Assembly (NCBI GenBank): GCA_002841685.1
Contig: PHAM01000001.1
Coordinates: 7,086 to 71,085 of the forward strand
DNA: 64,000 bases
Reading direction: 5' to 3'
Origin: Elusimicrobia bacterium HGW-Elusimicrobia-2
GTDB taxonomy: Bacteria > CG03
In this document: positions 27,422 through 37,523 of the stretch, one piece after another
Layout: each line of letters starts with the position of its first letter
How positions within the stretch are numbered: position 1 is the stretch's first letter
Notes under the pieces: model-generated
The model's input: only the letters and a program-made list of their open reading frames with translations
Databases searched by the model: none
Told to the model about the DNA's origin: nothing
Position numbers and translations under genes: made by a program

Positions 27422-29863
27422 TCAAAAATGCCCCCCGACACCGCGAAATGTATTGAGCAATCTATCTATATCCTTATCCCGCGGGAAATTGGGCGATATC
27501 TCTTCAAGAAAATTCACGGCCTTTTTCCTGTCGCCCCTCATGTAATAGATTTTCGCGAGATTCGTGGCGAAATTCTTTTCTCCGGGATAAAATTTCACGA
27601 GCCTCTCATAAACAGAGGCGGCCTCGTCAAAACGTTTCAGCGATGTGAGACAATTCCCCAGATAAAAAGCGGCGCCCGCATCGCCCGGGTTGGCATCTAT
27701 TATTTCCCTGAAAAGAGGCAAAGCTCCGGCGAAATTCTCCGCCTTCACCGCCGCTATGGCTTTATCCCGCCACTTCTCCACGGGAATTCCGAGGCGCGGC
27801 AGGAGACTCTCTAAATTTCTTTTTGCCGTATCATAGGCCGGATTGATTTCCATGGCTTTTTTATAGAGTTCATAACTTTTGCGCAGGTCGCCCTTAAGCA
27901 TATAAACATAGGCCAGATTATTCACGATATCGGGAGAATCCGGCTTCAGCTCAAAAGCGCGGCTGTAAAATTCCTCGGCTTTTTTTATATCTCTTGCCTT
28001 TTCCTCCCGCAGAAAATGATTTCCGAGCGCCAGAAAATATTCCGCGGACACAGGATTGATCACCGCGGCCTCCCTGTAATTTTTTTCGGCCTCATCCGCT
28101 TTACCCATGCTCTGATAGGCTATGGCGAGATTATAATATATCTCATCATAGCCAGGGTTGGCTTTAAGAGCTTCTTTGTATGCCCACACCGCCCTGTCAT
28201 ATTTTCCCAATCTCATATAGCAATTGCCGAGTTCATAGTTATTATCCGTGTTCCAGTGATAATAACGCCAGGATTTGAGGCAATCTTCAGCGGCGCGCGC
28301 TATATCGCCCATACGCGAACGGGTGAAACCGGTGAAATAATCCATCTCCCCTTTAAAATAATCCGCCTGTTTCTTTATAAAAAATATGACAAGCGCAACT
28401 GAAATTATTTTAAGCGCCAAAGCCGTCTTCAATTTTCGCGAAACGATATACTCACCACGCGAACTTTCCGCCACGGCAATTCCGACCGCCGCCCAAAAGG
28501 CCATAACCGGCATGGGAAAGTTAAGTGTAACGTTGAGCATATTATCAGCAATAAAGCCCGCCGCCGACGCTACACAGGCGAGGATCAGCAGGCTGCCGCC
28601 TTCAAAATAGGCGCGGGATGTTCTAAAAAAGAACACTATCCAAATGGCGGCAAAAAGAAAAAAGCCCACAATCCCCAGCTGAGAGAGCTGTTCAAGAATT
28701 TCGTTATGCGAATTATTGGCGTGAGTCCTCATACCTCCGAATTCAGGTTTTTCCGCGATTATTTTTCCCTGCTCAACAGGATAGCGTATCTCAAAACTTC
28801 CCCAGCCGTGGCCTAATACCGGCGACCGCCTGATCATTCTCAGGGATGCATCCCATATGAGCAAACGTTGGTTCAGCGACGCCGCGTCCCCGGAATTCGA
28901 CAAATTTGCGGAAGAAGTAATTCTTGAAAAAACCGATGGCTGATCCTTCAGATAAGCCAATTTTGGAAAGACCCAGGCAATCAAAAAAAGCAAAAACACC
29001 GCAATCGTCGTTTTTCTCCACAAGCCCTTTTTGAGCGCAAAAATAAAATAAATAAAAAGCGCAACGCCCGCGCCGCCCCACGAACTCCTGGTCTGGGTGA
29101 TAAGGAGCGCAAAAACATTAAGAGAAAAAACAAGCCCCCACAAAATTGTTGAAAGCGCCTTGACCGAGGCCGAAAAGCCCCAGAGACAAAGTATAATAAT
29201 AACAACTTCAAAGCTGGCGATAAAGTTGGGGTTTCCGAAAGTTGACACGCTGCGCGAGCCGTAATGGTGGAGGTTCTGCGGCCATATGAATTCATGTCCG
29301 GTGTACTGCATAATGGCGTAGAACGCGGAAATGGAAGCGGTTGCGACGAGCACGTAAATCAAAATTTTTTTATAATAGCTGTCTTTCGCCATAAGAAAAG
29401 AAATATAAAAAACAGCCAGGCAGTTGAACACAAAAAATATCATCCGTTTCCCCCAGAAGACGAAATAAGCCGTTTTCCACTGGGGATAATATATAAGCGC
29501 GGCCACCAGCGACAATGAGATGAGGATGCCGTAAGCAGCAAGGGGTTTGTCAAGATAGGTCTTCGCGAAAGTTATGTGACCTTTTTTGGAAAAAAGCAGG
29601 AGCAAAACGGCGACCGCGGTCAATGAGCGGAAAATAATATTCTGGATTATGTAGGGGTTGCGCGTCACGGCCGTAAAGAAGATCAGCGGCGAGAAAAATA
29701 TCGCCGCCGCAAAAACCCAGAACGCGGCTGAAAGCGCTTCGTTCCGCCACGGCGGACTTGCAGCTGCCGTGGCGGATGCGCCACGGCGTACGGGGCTTAG
29801 AGCCCTTTCAGTATTTCCGCGGCTCTTTTGTCGTGGGGATCTATTTCCAGAATCTTTAGGCAT
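27422..29863 (-). CDS. O-antigen ligase (Wzy_C) family membrane protein fused to C-terminal TPR domain
   Basis: ~12 TM helices in N-terminal 450 aa, then many TPR repeats; start uncertain (ATG at 29863 would overlap upstream paralog by 67 nt). Confidence 0.65.
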   Translation of the reverse strand: MPKDSGNRSPRQKSRGNTERALSPVRRGASATAAASPPWRNEALSAAFWVFAAAIFFSPLIFFTAVTRNPYIIQNIIFRSLTAVAVLLLLFSKKGHITFAKTYLDKPLAAYGILISLSLVAALIYYPQWKTAYFVFWGKRMIFFVFNCLAVFYISFLMAKDSYYKKILIYVLVATASISAFYAIMQYTGHEFIWPQNLHHYGSRSVSTFGNPNFIASFEVVIIILCLWGFSASVKALSTILWGLVFSLNVFALLITQTRSSWGGAGVALFIYFIFALKKGLWRKTTIAVFLLFLIAWVFPKLAYLKDQPSVFSRITSSANLSNSGDAASLNQRLLIWDASLRMIRRSPVLGHGWGSFEIRYPVEQGKIIAEKPEFGGMRTHANNSHNEILEQLSQLGIVGFFLFAAIWIVFFFRTSRAYFEGGSLLILACVASAAGFIADNMLNVTLNFPMPVMAFWAAVGIAVAESSRGEYIVSRKLKTALALKIISVALVIFFIKKQADYFKGEMDYFTGFTRSRMGDIARAAEDCLKSWRYYHWNTDNNYELGNCYMRLGKYDRAVWAYKEALKANPGYDEIYYNLAIAYQSMGKADEAEKNYREAAVINPVSAEYFLALGNHFLREEKARDIKKAEEFYSRAFELKPDSPDIVNNLAYVYMLKGDLRKSYELYKKAMEINPAYDTAKRNLESLLPRLGIPVEKWRDKAIAAVKAENFAGALPLFREIIDANPGDAGAAFYLGNCLTSLKRFDEAASVYERLVKFYPGEKNFATNLAKIYYMRGDRKKAVNFLEEISPNFPRDKDIDRLLNTFRGVGGHF

Positions 29864-31917
29864 GTTTCTTTGGCTAGCGATTTTTTATTGATGGCCTGAT
29901 AAAAATTCAGCAGGCTCGTGTACGCTTCCCTGGATCGGGTTATTTCAACAACTTTTTTATAATTAAGCTCGGCTTCGTCGTATTTTTTAGACAGATAAAG
30001 GACATTCGCGAGATTCAGATATGCTTCTACAAACTCTTTCTCTTTGATCTTCTGCCTTGCTATCGCCTCTCCAAAAGCCTGCTCGGCTTCGGCGTATCTT
30101 CCCAGCTGCACGAGGCAATAACCTTTCCTGAAAGGCGATAAGGCGAATATGGGGTCTATGTCCATCGCCTGATTGAATTTTTCAACAGCCTTCTCGTACA
30201 TGCCCATTTTAAGATATATGTTACCCTCCTGGTAATGCACCTGCACATAATTGGGCGCCATGGCGAGCACATCATCATATTTCGCTATTGTCCGCTGGGG
30301 GTCGGTCCGCGCGACGCCATTAGGCATTGTTTTATCCCACAGAGGGTGATAGCGCGGCGTCTTATCCCATCTGTCGTTATAGACATTCCCCATAAAATAA
30401 TGAGCCATTATGAAGCGCGGCCAGAGGGTGATGACTTTGTCATAATGATAGAGCGCCCTTTCCCAAACCCCCTGCTTTGAATAAGCTATCGCTATATTGT
30501 GATTCACATCGGCTATGAAAAATTTTCTGAAAAAGAGCATGGAATAAAGCGTCACGGTGATGACGGCGAACTGCAGGATTATCCTGGAAAGATCCCCCAG
30601 CGGTATTATATACTTCTTTTTATCCTTTTCGGGAAAAGTGAGCGCCCCTATCACACCTATCATGAGCCAGAAAAGATGCCCCGATGACACAAAACGCATA
30701 TGAACATCCACCGCCGCCTGGGCTAGCATCGCCAGCGCCCCCGACATCCAGCCTATAAGAAGAAATGTCCTGTCAATAAGTTCTTTGCTGGCCGATTGCG
30801 ACGGCACTCTTTCAAGTTTTGATAATTTTCCTATCGCTGAATAAAATGTTATAAACAAAACTAACAGAAAAAATCCAAATCCTATCATTCCCTCTTCATA
30901 AAAAATCTCCAGGAAGTCGTTGTGCGCATGATCCGTCTCGGTGTTATGTTTGCCCTCAATCCAGAATATTTCGGGATGACGGAACATCGGATACACTTCC
31001 TTGAAACTGCCAATACTGGTGCCTACGACGGGATGCTTTTTCAGCATTTCCAGACTTGACATCCATGTAAAAATTCTGAATTTATATGAAATAGGGTTGC
31101 CCGCCATGTAGACAAGACCCAGCAAAAGCGCGAATAAAAGCGGCAGGCCGAATTTTAAGATCTTTAACACTTTTTTTCTGTTAATAAACCCGGCAAAAAG
31201 CGCCGTCAGCGTCAGCGACGAGGCCGTCATCACGGCAAAACCTATAAAACTGCCCTTGGTAACACTGATCCACACACCATAGGCGGCCATGCCATAAAGG
31301 CCGGCATAAAGGGGATTTCTGGTTTTGAAAAACATGCTGAGCGGCAGAGCCGCCGCGCCCACCAACCAGGCCCCGAAAAAATTGGGATTGCCGAAGGTGG
31401 AAAAATGCCGGCTGCCGAAAGCCCCTTTCCACGCGTAGGGGTCGTAACCCAGCTTCTGCATAACGCCGTAAAAACAAACGACAAAACAGGTCAGCATCAG
31501 AACGGAGGTGAGGATTTGCACATCTTTGAGTTTTCTGAATTCAAAAAAACCTATAAAGACGAGGCCCGTATAAATACAGCGCCTCCAAAATTCATCAAAA
31601 GAAGCCCATATTTTGAAAGGCGAGCCGGCGTAAGAAAAACAACCCCAGAGAAAATACGCGGCCACGGGAATGAGAAAAGCCATTTCCTCAATGGAAAAGC
31701 GCAGCCCGTCCTCCAATTTTTTCAGAAGGAAAAGCCCTATGAGGAGAGATCCTCCCACCTGAACAATGGTTATCTTTATCGTCGCCGAATCATAGGTTTT
31801 AAGGTAAAAGAATACCGCCGCCGAAAAACACAGCGCGGGCGTAAGCAGCACCAGTGCTTTGTGAAGAAAATCAGCCAGCCCTCCGGAAGAAATTACATTA
31901 ATATCGTTTTTACCCAC
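29797..31917 (-). CDS. O-antigen ligase-like membrane protein fused to C-terminal TPR domain (paralog)
   Basis: Polytopic N-terminal domain + TPR repeats; start assigned to GTG 31917 with GGAGAG RBS immediately after the upstream methyltransferase stop. Confidence 0.65.
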   Translation of the reverse strand: MGKNDINVISSGGLADFLHKALVLLTPALCFSAAVFFYLKTYDSATIKITIVQVGGSLLIGLFLLKKLEDGLRFSIEEMAFLIPVAAYFLWGCFSYAGSPFKIWASFDEFWRRCIYTGLVFIGFFEFRKLKDVQILTSVLMLTCFVVCFYGVMQKLGYDPYAWKGAFGSRHFSTFGNPNFFGAWLVGAAALPLSMFFKTRNPLYAGLYGMAAYGVWISVTKGSFIGFAVMTASSLTLTALFAGFINRKKVLKILKFGLPLLFALLLGLVYMAGNPISYKFRIFTWMSSLEMLKKHPVVGTSIGSFKEVYPMFRHPEIFWIEGKHNTETDHAHNDFLEIFYEEGMIGFGFFLLVLFITFYSAIGKLSKLERVPSQSASKELIDRTFLLIGWMSGALAMLAQAAVDVHMRFVSSGHLFWLMIGVIGALTFPEKDKKKYIIPLGDLSRIILQFAVITVTLYSMLFFRKFFIADVNHNIAIAYSKQGVWERALYHYDKVITLWPRFIMAHYFMGNVYNDRWDKTPRYHPLWDKTMPNGVARTDPQRTIAKYDDVLAMAPNYVQVHYQEGNIYLKMGMYEKAVEKFNQAMDIDPIFALSPFRKGYCLVQLGRYAEAEQAFGEAIARQKIKEKEFVEAYLNLANVLYLSKKYDEAELNYKKVVEITRSREAYTSLLNFYQAINKKSLAKETCLKILEIDPHDKRAAEILKGL

Positions 31918-31918
31918 T

Positions 31919-32941
31919 CTAAGCTCTCCCCGCCACGGCGGCCGATTCCCGCGCCTGGCACAGAAAATGCCAGTATGGCACCTTATCCGAAACCGTGACA
32001 CTGTCAAAGCTGTCTTTCAGTTTCATTATATCTCTTCTCTCAAAACGCTGTTCTATTGGCGTAAAAAACCTGTCATACACATCCTGTTCTGTCCTTTTTA
32101 TGCCTTTGCCCCTGTAAGAATCATAAAGCGGCACCAGACCTGACATTTTAAAACGGTCAAGCACGGATCCGATGAGAACAAGCGGAAAATACACAAAGCG
32201 CGCGGCAAGCGGCGGGATCAGCGTTCTCAAAAAAACGCTCCGGCTCCTTGAAAGGGCGCGCCTTAAAAAAGTCACCCCGGCGAGGATCCACTTGAAATAA
32301 AACGGCTTGTTATCCAGCGCGTAATAGAGATAGACCAGAACTCGCGGAGAATATTTTTTAAGTTTTCTAACTTCATCAAGCGCGTCCGTCGGCAGATGAT
32401 GCAGCACCCCAAGACAAAACAGAAAATCCGCGTAATTAGCGCAAAACGGCAGGTCGCTGATATCGCCCATGAAAAACAGGCAGTTTTCCCGCCCCGCCAG
32501 GTTTCGTCTGGCCTCGAATACGGCATCTGAAAAATCAACGAGCATTATCTCTCCGCACACATCTTTGAGAAAATAACTGAACCTGCCTATGCCGCATCCC
32601 AGGTCACAGGCGCGTCTGCCGCGTAGGGATTCAATGTCCACAATATCAAAATATTGCGCGAATTCCTCTCTGTGAGACGGTATTATTTCGCTGTATTTAA
32701 CCCATTCCTTTCCGAAGGTGTCCTGAACGTCTTTAGAAAAGTCCGGATAACTGCCGTCGGAAGAAGCCACACCGAGAATTTTCTTGACTTTCTCCGTGTA
32801 TTTTCCCCGCTCAGATAATATGATAACATCATCAATAATCGGATATACCTTAGAGCGCACCACTAGCGCGTCTTTTCCCAGGCATATTTCGTCTGTGCCG
32901 AAAATCTGCTTAAGCGAATTTATCTTGTTATCATAATACAT
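31919..32941 (-). CDS. Class I SAM-dependent methyltransferase
   Basis: Motif I 'ACDLGCGIGRFS'; start moved to ATG 32941 since the longer TTG-initiated ORF translates a 17-bp-stem hairpin. Confidence 0.65.
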   Translation of the reverse strand: MYYDNKINSLKQIFGTDEICLGKDALVVRSKVYPIIDDVIILSERGKYTEKVKKILGVASSDGSYPDFSKDVQDTFGKEWVKYSEIIPSHREEFAQYFDIVDIESLRGRRACDLGCGIGRFSYFLKDVCGEIMLVDFSDAVFEARRNLAGRENCLFFMGDISDLPFCANYADFLFCLGVLHHLPTDALDEVRKLKKYSPRVLVYLYYALDNKPFYFKWILAGVTFLRRALSRSRSVFLRTLIPPLAARFVYFPLVLIGSVLDRFKMSGLVPLYDSYRGKGIKRTEQDVYDRFFTPIEQRFERRDIMKLKDSFDSVTVSDKVPYWHFLCQARESAAVAGRA

Positions 32942-33014
32942 AATCAGTGCGTCCACATTTGTATATTTTAGTATAAATGACCCCGTTACACAAGAAAAAA
33001 GGGGACGAAAAAAA

Positions 33015-33073
33015 GGGGACGGAGGAAAGTCAAAAGAATTAAACAAGCGACTTTCCTCCGTCCCCTTTTTTTT
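33015..33073. terminator. Perfect 17-bp stem hairpin with flanking T/A tracts (bidirectional intrinsic-terminator-like) in divergent intergenic region
   Basis: GGGGACGGAGGAAAGTC-17 nt loop-GACTTTCCTCCGTCCCC followed by T8 on plus and preceded by A7 (T7 on minus). Confidence 0.55.
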
Positions 33074-33153
33074 ATATTTATTTGCGCAGGGGCCTTCTTA
33101 TTTTGTATTTTATCCCATGCTTTTAACTTTAAATTTTTCGCAGGGGGGCCGGG

Positions 33154-34182
33154 TTGAGATCATCTCTTTTTAATTTCGAGCTCCCTGAAGAGCTCATCGC
33201 CCAGAAACCGGCAAAAACGCGATCGGGATCCAGTCTCCTGGTTTTTGACAGAAAAAGTGGAAAACGCCGCTTTGAAAAATTCAGCGCTATTATCAAATAC
33301 TTCCAAAAAGGCGATGTTCTCGTGTTAAACGACACGAAAGTCATACCCGCGAGACTCACTGCGATGAGAAAAACAGGCGCTAAAGTGGAGATTTTTGTTT
33401 TGCGCCGGTCAAAAAAACAGGGGCATGAGCTATGGGAATGCCTTATAAAGCCGCTGAAAAAGGTAAAACCCGGCGAAACGCTCATTATAAAAAATTCCCT
33501 TCAATGCGAGATCGCGGAAAAAACTGAAGGCCGGGCTCTGGTAAAATTCAACGGCGAAGTCAAAGAAATTCTCGCTTCCTATGGAAAAATACCCTTCCCA
33601 CCCTACATCCGTGAAGTCAGACAAAATCCGCGACGCTATCAGACGGTTTACGCCAGGAACTGCGGCGCTGTCGCGGCCCCGACGGCAGGACTGCACTTCA
33701 CAAAGGAAATACTCGGCGCTCTCTCCCGAAAGGGCGTTGAGATAAAATTTATAACACTGCACACGGGATTCGGCACTTTTACGCCGCTGCGCGGAAAGAC
33801 GATCGAGGAGCACCTTATGGACGAGGAATTCTTCACCATACCCGAACAAACAGCCCTTGCCGTCAACCGCGCGATAGCCGAAAACCGCCGTGTGTTTGCC
33901 TGCGGCACAACGGTGACGAGAACACTTGAAAGCAACGCCGTTAAAAAAAACGGGGTCATGACTGTCCGCCACGGGTCCGGCCTCACGGGCATGTACATCA
34001 CTCCTCCTTATAAATTCAAGATCGTCAAATCTCTCATCACCAATTTTCACACACCCCTGTCCAGCCTCATCGTCCTTGTCAGCGCCTTTGCCGGCAGAAA
34101 AAATATCATGGAATGTTACGCGGAAGCCATAAAACGCAGATGGCGCTTTTTCTCCTTCGGCGACGCGATGCTCATATTGTAA
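33154..34182 (+). CDS. queA: S-adenosylmethionine:tRNA ribosyltransferase-isomerase
   Basis: N-terminus 'LFNFELPEELIAQKPA..R..S.LLV' and overall length 342 aa typical of QueA. Confidence 0.9.
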   Translation: MRSSLFNFELPEELIAQKPAKTRSGSSLLVFDRKSGKRRFEKFSAIIKYFQKGDVLVLNDTKVIPARLTAMRKTGAKVEIFVLRRSKKQGHELWECLIKPLKKVKPGETLIIKNSLQCEIAEKTEGRALVKFNGEVKEILASYGKIPFPPYIREVRQNPRRYQTVYARNCGAVAAPTAGLHFTKEILGALSRKGVEIKFITLHTGFGTFTPLRGKTIEEHLMDEEFFTIPEQTALAVNRAIAENRRVFACGTTVTRTLESNAVKKNGVMTVRHGSGLTGMYITPPYKFKIVKSLITNFHTPLSSLIVLVSAFAGRKNIMECYAEAIKRRWRFFSFGDAMLIL

Positions 34183-34198
34183 ACTTCCTGTCATGGCT

Positions 34199-34360
34199 CA
34201 AACATACTTGGAAAAACGATTTAGAGCGATATAGGAAAATTTAGGATAAAAAATCGTGTAAAAATTCCGCTTGTTTGAGCGCAAGCGAGTTGCGGAATTT
34301 TAGATTTTTTCTCCGTTAAAAATTTTCCGTCTAGCGAAAAAGATTTTTCCAAGTATGTTT
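34199..34360. repeat. ~160-bp imperfect palindrome (nested inverted repeats) between queA and murF
   Basis: Outer arms AAACATACTTGGAAAAA / TTTTTCCAAGTATGTTT, inner arms AAAATTCCGC / GCGGAATTTT, central CGCTTG..CAAGCG. Confidence 0.6.
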
Positions 34361-34403
34361 CTGAAATTCTACTGTTTTATACGGCTTTGTGCTATAATTC
34401 GAA

Positions 34404-35765
34404 ATGATATCTCTCAGCATCAAAGAAATTATAGAAGCGACCGGTGGAAAACTTATCAGCGGTAAAGATAGCGTCAAAATAACAGGTGTTTCCATAGACT
34501 CCCGCCGCCTGCGCAAAGATGATCTCTTCTTCGCACTTAAAGGCTCGCGGCTGGACGGCCACCGTTTCGCCGCGGAAGCGCTCAAGAAATGCCCGGCGGC
34601 AATCGTTGAAAAAGCCCCTCTTATCAAAAGCGGAAAAAGCGTCATCCTCGTTAAAGACAGCCTTTCGGCTCTCAAAAAGACAGCCGCGCTATGGAGAACA
34701 AAAATAGAGCCGCGCGTTATAGCGGTCAGCGGCTCCAACGGAAAAACAAGCACAAAAGACCTGCTCGCCCATATATTGAAAAAACGCTTCCGCGTAAACG
34801 CCGCCGAAAAAAGTTTCAACAATTTTATCGGCCTGCCCCTTACGGTTCTTAACACACCCCGCAGCGCTGACATCATGATCGCCGAGATGGAAACAAATGT
34901 GATAGGCGGAATACTTCGCCTGTGCGAAATCGCCCGGCCCGATACCGGCATTATCACGAACATAAGCGACAGTCATCTGAGCGACCTGAAAACAAGGGAA
35001 AATGTGTTCAGAGAAAAAAGCGAACTGGCCGAATATATTAGCCCGTGCGGGTCTCTTATATTAAACAACGACGATCCATTCGCCGCGAAATTTAAAAAAA
35101 TTTTCCGCGGAAAGCTCATAACATATTCGCTGAAAAAGAAGAGCCTCTGCCAAGTGAAAATAATAAAAACGGGTTTGGGCGGCACCGAATTCATCCTCCG
35201 CGGAAAAAGCTTTAAAACTTCCCTGCCCGGAGCATTTAACGCGCTCAACATAGCCGCCGCCATAGCCGCTGCTCGGATTTTCGGAATACCGTGGGAAACA
35301 ATCATAGAAAGTGTTAAAACATTCAAAGCTCCCCCGGGGAGAATAAGCGTTAAAAAGATCAAGGGCCGCATATTGGTCAACGATTCTTTCAACGCCAATC
35401 CAGGCTCGGCAAAAGCGCTGGCGGCGCTTCTCAAAAACGAAAAAGGGAGCAAAGCCGTCGTCTTCGCGGATATGCTGGAACTGGGGAAAGATTCTTCACG
35501 CCTCCATGCCGAAACTGGCGCTGATTTCGCGGCATCGGGCGTGGAATCCGTGCATTATATGGGCAGATTCGGCGACGCTTTCATCAAAGGGTTTAAAAAA
35601 ATCAATCCGGCTATAAAATACATTATCCACACGGACAGAAAAAAGTTAATGGCCGCGGCAGTTAAGGAACCGGCAGACATAATAGCGTTCAAAGCTTCGC
35701 GGGCGATGAAAATAGACGAGATATTCGATCATGTGGTCAAACATATATCTTCTCGGAACCGTTAG
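34404..35765 (+). CDS. murF: UDP-N-acetylmuramoyl-tripeptide--D-alanyl-D-alanine ligase
   Basis: Mur ligase motifs 'VIAVSGSNGKTSTKD'; 453 aa. Confidence 0.9.
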   Translation: MISLSIKEIIEATGGKLISGKDSVKITGVSIDSRRLRKDDLFFALKGSRLDGHRFAAEALKKCPAAIVEKAPLIKSGKSVILVKDSLSALKKTAALWRTKIEPRVIAVSGSNGKTSTKDLLAHILKKRFRVNAAEKSFNNFIGLPLTVLNTPRSADIMIAEMETNVIGGILRLCEIARPDTGIITNISDSHLSDLKTRENVFREKSELAEYISPCGSLILNNDDPFAAKFKKIFRGKLITYSLKKKSLCQVKIIKTGLGGTEFILRGKSFKTSLPGAFNALNIAAAIAAARIFGIPWETIIESVKTFKAPPGRISVKKIKGRILVNDSFNANPGSAKALAALLKNEKGSKAVVFADMLELGKDSSRLHAETGADFAASGVESVHYMGRFGDAFIKGFKKINPAIKYIIHTDRKKLMAAAVKEPADIIAFKASRAMKIDEIFDHVVKHISSRNR

Positions 35766-36855
35766 TTTACTCACCGATATTTCCAGTGAAATGATAAAGG
35801 CCGTACTGCCGGCTCTGCTGGCAGTTATGGGAGCAGGGGGCATGGCCTTAGGTCTGGTGGGCAACCTCCCCCAGGTTTTTGAAGGAATCGCACATTATCT
35901 CAGCGGATCACTCTCGGACAAAACAGGAAAAAGAAAAAACCTCATATTCGCGGGATATCTGCTGTCCTGCCTGTCCAAACTGCTCATCGCCGTTTCAGCG
36001 ACGAGCGCGGCTGTGGCGGCATCCCGGAGCGGAGAACGCATAGGGAAAGGCCTGCGCATAGCTCCAAGGGATTCTCTTATATGCGACACTGTCCCTCAAG
36101 AATACGCGGGCAAAGCTTTCGGGATACAAAAAGCAATGGACAGCTCCGGAGCGCTCATCGGCACTCTGGCGGCATACATACTGTGGCAGACAGGCTGCGG
36201 TATAAAAACGATAATCCTCTTCGGGGCCGCGATATCCTTTATCGCGCTGCCTCCGATTTTAATGCTCCGGGAAAAACTCATACCCGGAAAAAACTGCGAG
36301 ATGAAATCAGGCCTCGCCAAAATCAGCTCTCTGTTTATCTATACGGGCTTGTTTTCACTGGCAAACATCAACTATCTGTTTTTTATAAGTTTCATCCAGA
36401 TCTACGGAAAAAGCTCGGGGAGCCCTGTCTCCTCAGGAATTTTTGCCTATATCGTCTATAACTTAGCTTACGCCGTCTCCGCCGTGCCGGCTGGAAAGTT
36501 CGCATCGCTAAACGGATGCAGAAAGGGCCTGATATTCGCAAACATCCTGTTCATCATTTTATGTGCCTTATTCATTTTCATTCCCGGATCGTATCTGACC
36601 GCTTCAATGCTCCTGCTGGGAATTACCGCGGCCTTTTCAACGGTGAGCATCAAAACCTGGATCAATGAATTGACCCCGTCAGCAAAACGCGGCAGAAACA
36701 TGGGTAAACTGCAGATCACACAGGCCTTTTCTCTTTTAGGCGGAGGAATAGCGCAGGGCATCCTCTGGAACATGAATCACACCTACACCTTCGCGCTCGG
36801 CGCCGCTGCGGGGGCGCTGGCGCTCGGCTTTTTGTTTACTCTTAAAGAAAATTAA
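35731..36855 (+). CDS. MFS transporter
   Basis: 12 predicted TM helices, MFS-like N-terminal 'LLTDISSEMIKAVLPALL'; overlaps murF 3' end. Confidence 0.65.
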   Translation: MWSNIYLLGTVSLLTDISSEMIKAVLPALLAVMGAGGMALGLVGNLPQVFEGIAHYLSGSLSDKTGKRKNLIFAGYLLSCLSKLLIAVSATSAAVAASRSGERIGKGLRIAPRDSLICDTVPQEYAGKAFGIQKAMDSSGALIGTLAAYILWQTGCGIKTIILFGAAISFIALPPILMLREKLIPGKNCEMKSGLAKISSLFIYTGLFSLANINYLFFISFIQIYGKSSGSPVSSGIFAYIVYNLAYAVSAVPAGKFASLNGCRKGLIFANILFIILCALFIFIPGSYLTASMLLLGITAAFSTVSIKTWINELTPSAKRGRNMGKLQITQAFSLLGGGIAQGILWNMNHTYTFALGAAAGALALGFLFTLKEN

Positions 36856-37436
36856 GACAGGGCGGCGGAAAGAGATTCTCTTATTTCTTTCCACGAACTG
36901 ACCCTGTAAAGATTTGCCGTTTCGCCCAAACAGCGGTTCCAGGGATAATCAAGCATATATGTTTTGATGCCCGAAAGAGCGATCCCCCGCGCGAAATCAA
37001 GCCTGTCCTCTATAAAAGCTTCAAACTTAAAAGGGAATTCTTTGATCAGGTTGATCTTATTATTGCCTTCTTTGATAAAATGTATCTCTTTAAACGGGAT
37101 GCCTTTTCTTTTTAAAAATTCTTCGGACTGCCTTCTCGCGTCGGCGGGCCTCGCCGTGATCACCACTATATCAAACTTTTCCGCCAGCTCCATAAGAGTA
37201 TCTTTCGCGCCATCGACAAGCTCCATTCGGCTCCAGACATTTTCTTTCAGCATCAATTGATAGGCCTTCTCCACATCATCTTTTGTGATGGGCAGGCATT
37301 CCTCGTAAAAATATTTTGTGATCTGCTCTCTGTAAAACTGCTTGCCCGTGACTCTTTTGATATATTCCCTGAAAACGGGATCCGTATCGGTTATTATCCC
37401 GTCGAAATCCGTGCCTATGATCTTTTTCTTCTCCAT
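36852..37436 (-). CDS. HAD-superfamily 5'(3')-deoxyribonucleotidase-like hydrolase
   Basis: HAD motif I 'GTDFDGII', size 194 aa and pattern similar to NT5C-type nucleotidases. Confidence 0.5.
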   Translation of the reverse strand: MEKKKIIGTDFDGIITDTDPVFREYIKRVTGKQFYREQITKYFYEECLPITKDDVEKAYQLMLKENVWSRMELVDGAKDTLMELAEKFDIVVITARPADARRQSEEFLKRKGIPFKEIHFIKEGNNKINLIKEFPFKFEAFIEDRLDFARGIALSGIKTYMLDYPWNRCLGETANLYRVSSWKEIRESLSAALS

Positions 37437-37469
37437 AACTGTGCTTTTATCTCCCTTTTTACAACGTGC

Positions 37470-37506
37470 TTAAAAATAAACGGCCCCGGCTAAAACCGGG
37501 GCCGTT
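37470..37506 (-). terminator. Rho-independent terminator downstream of ferredoxin gene
   Basis: ACGGCCCCGG-TTTTAG-CCGGGGCCGT hairpin followed by TTATTTTTAA on minus strand. Confidence 0.7.
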
Positions 37507-37523
37507 CCAAATCAGACTGATTC

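Noticed and set aside
33430-34194. 254-aa minus-strand ORF antisense to queA
   Set aside because: queA on the plus strand is strongly supported; this is a GC-rich shadow frame.
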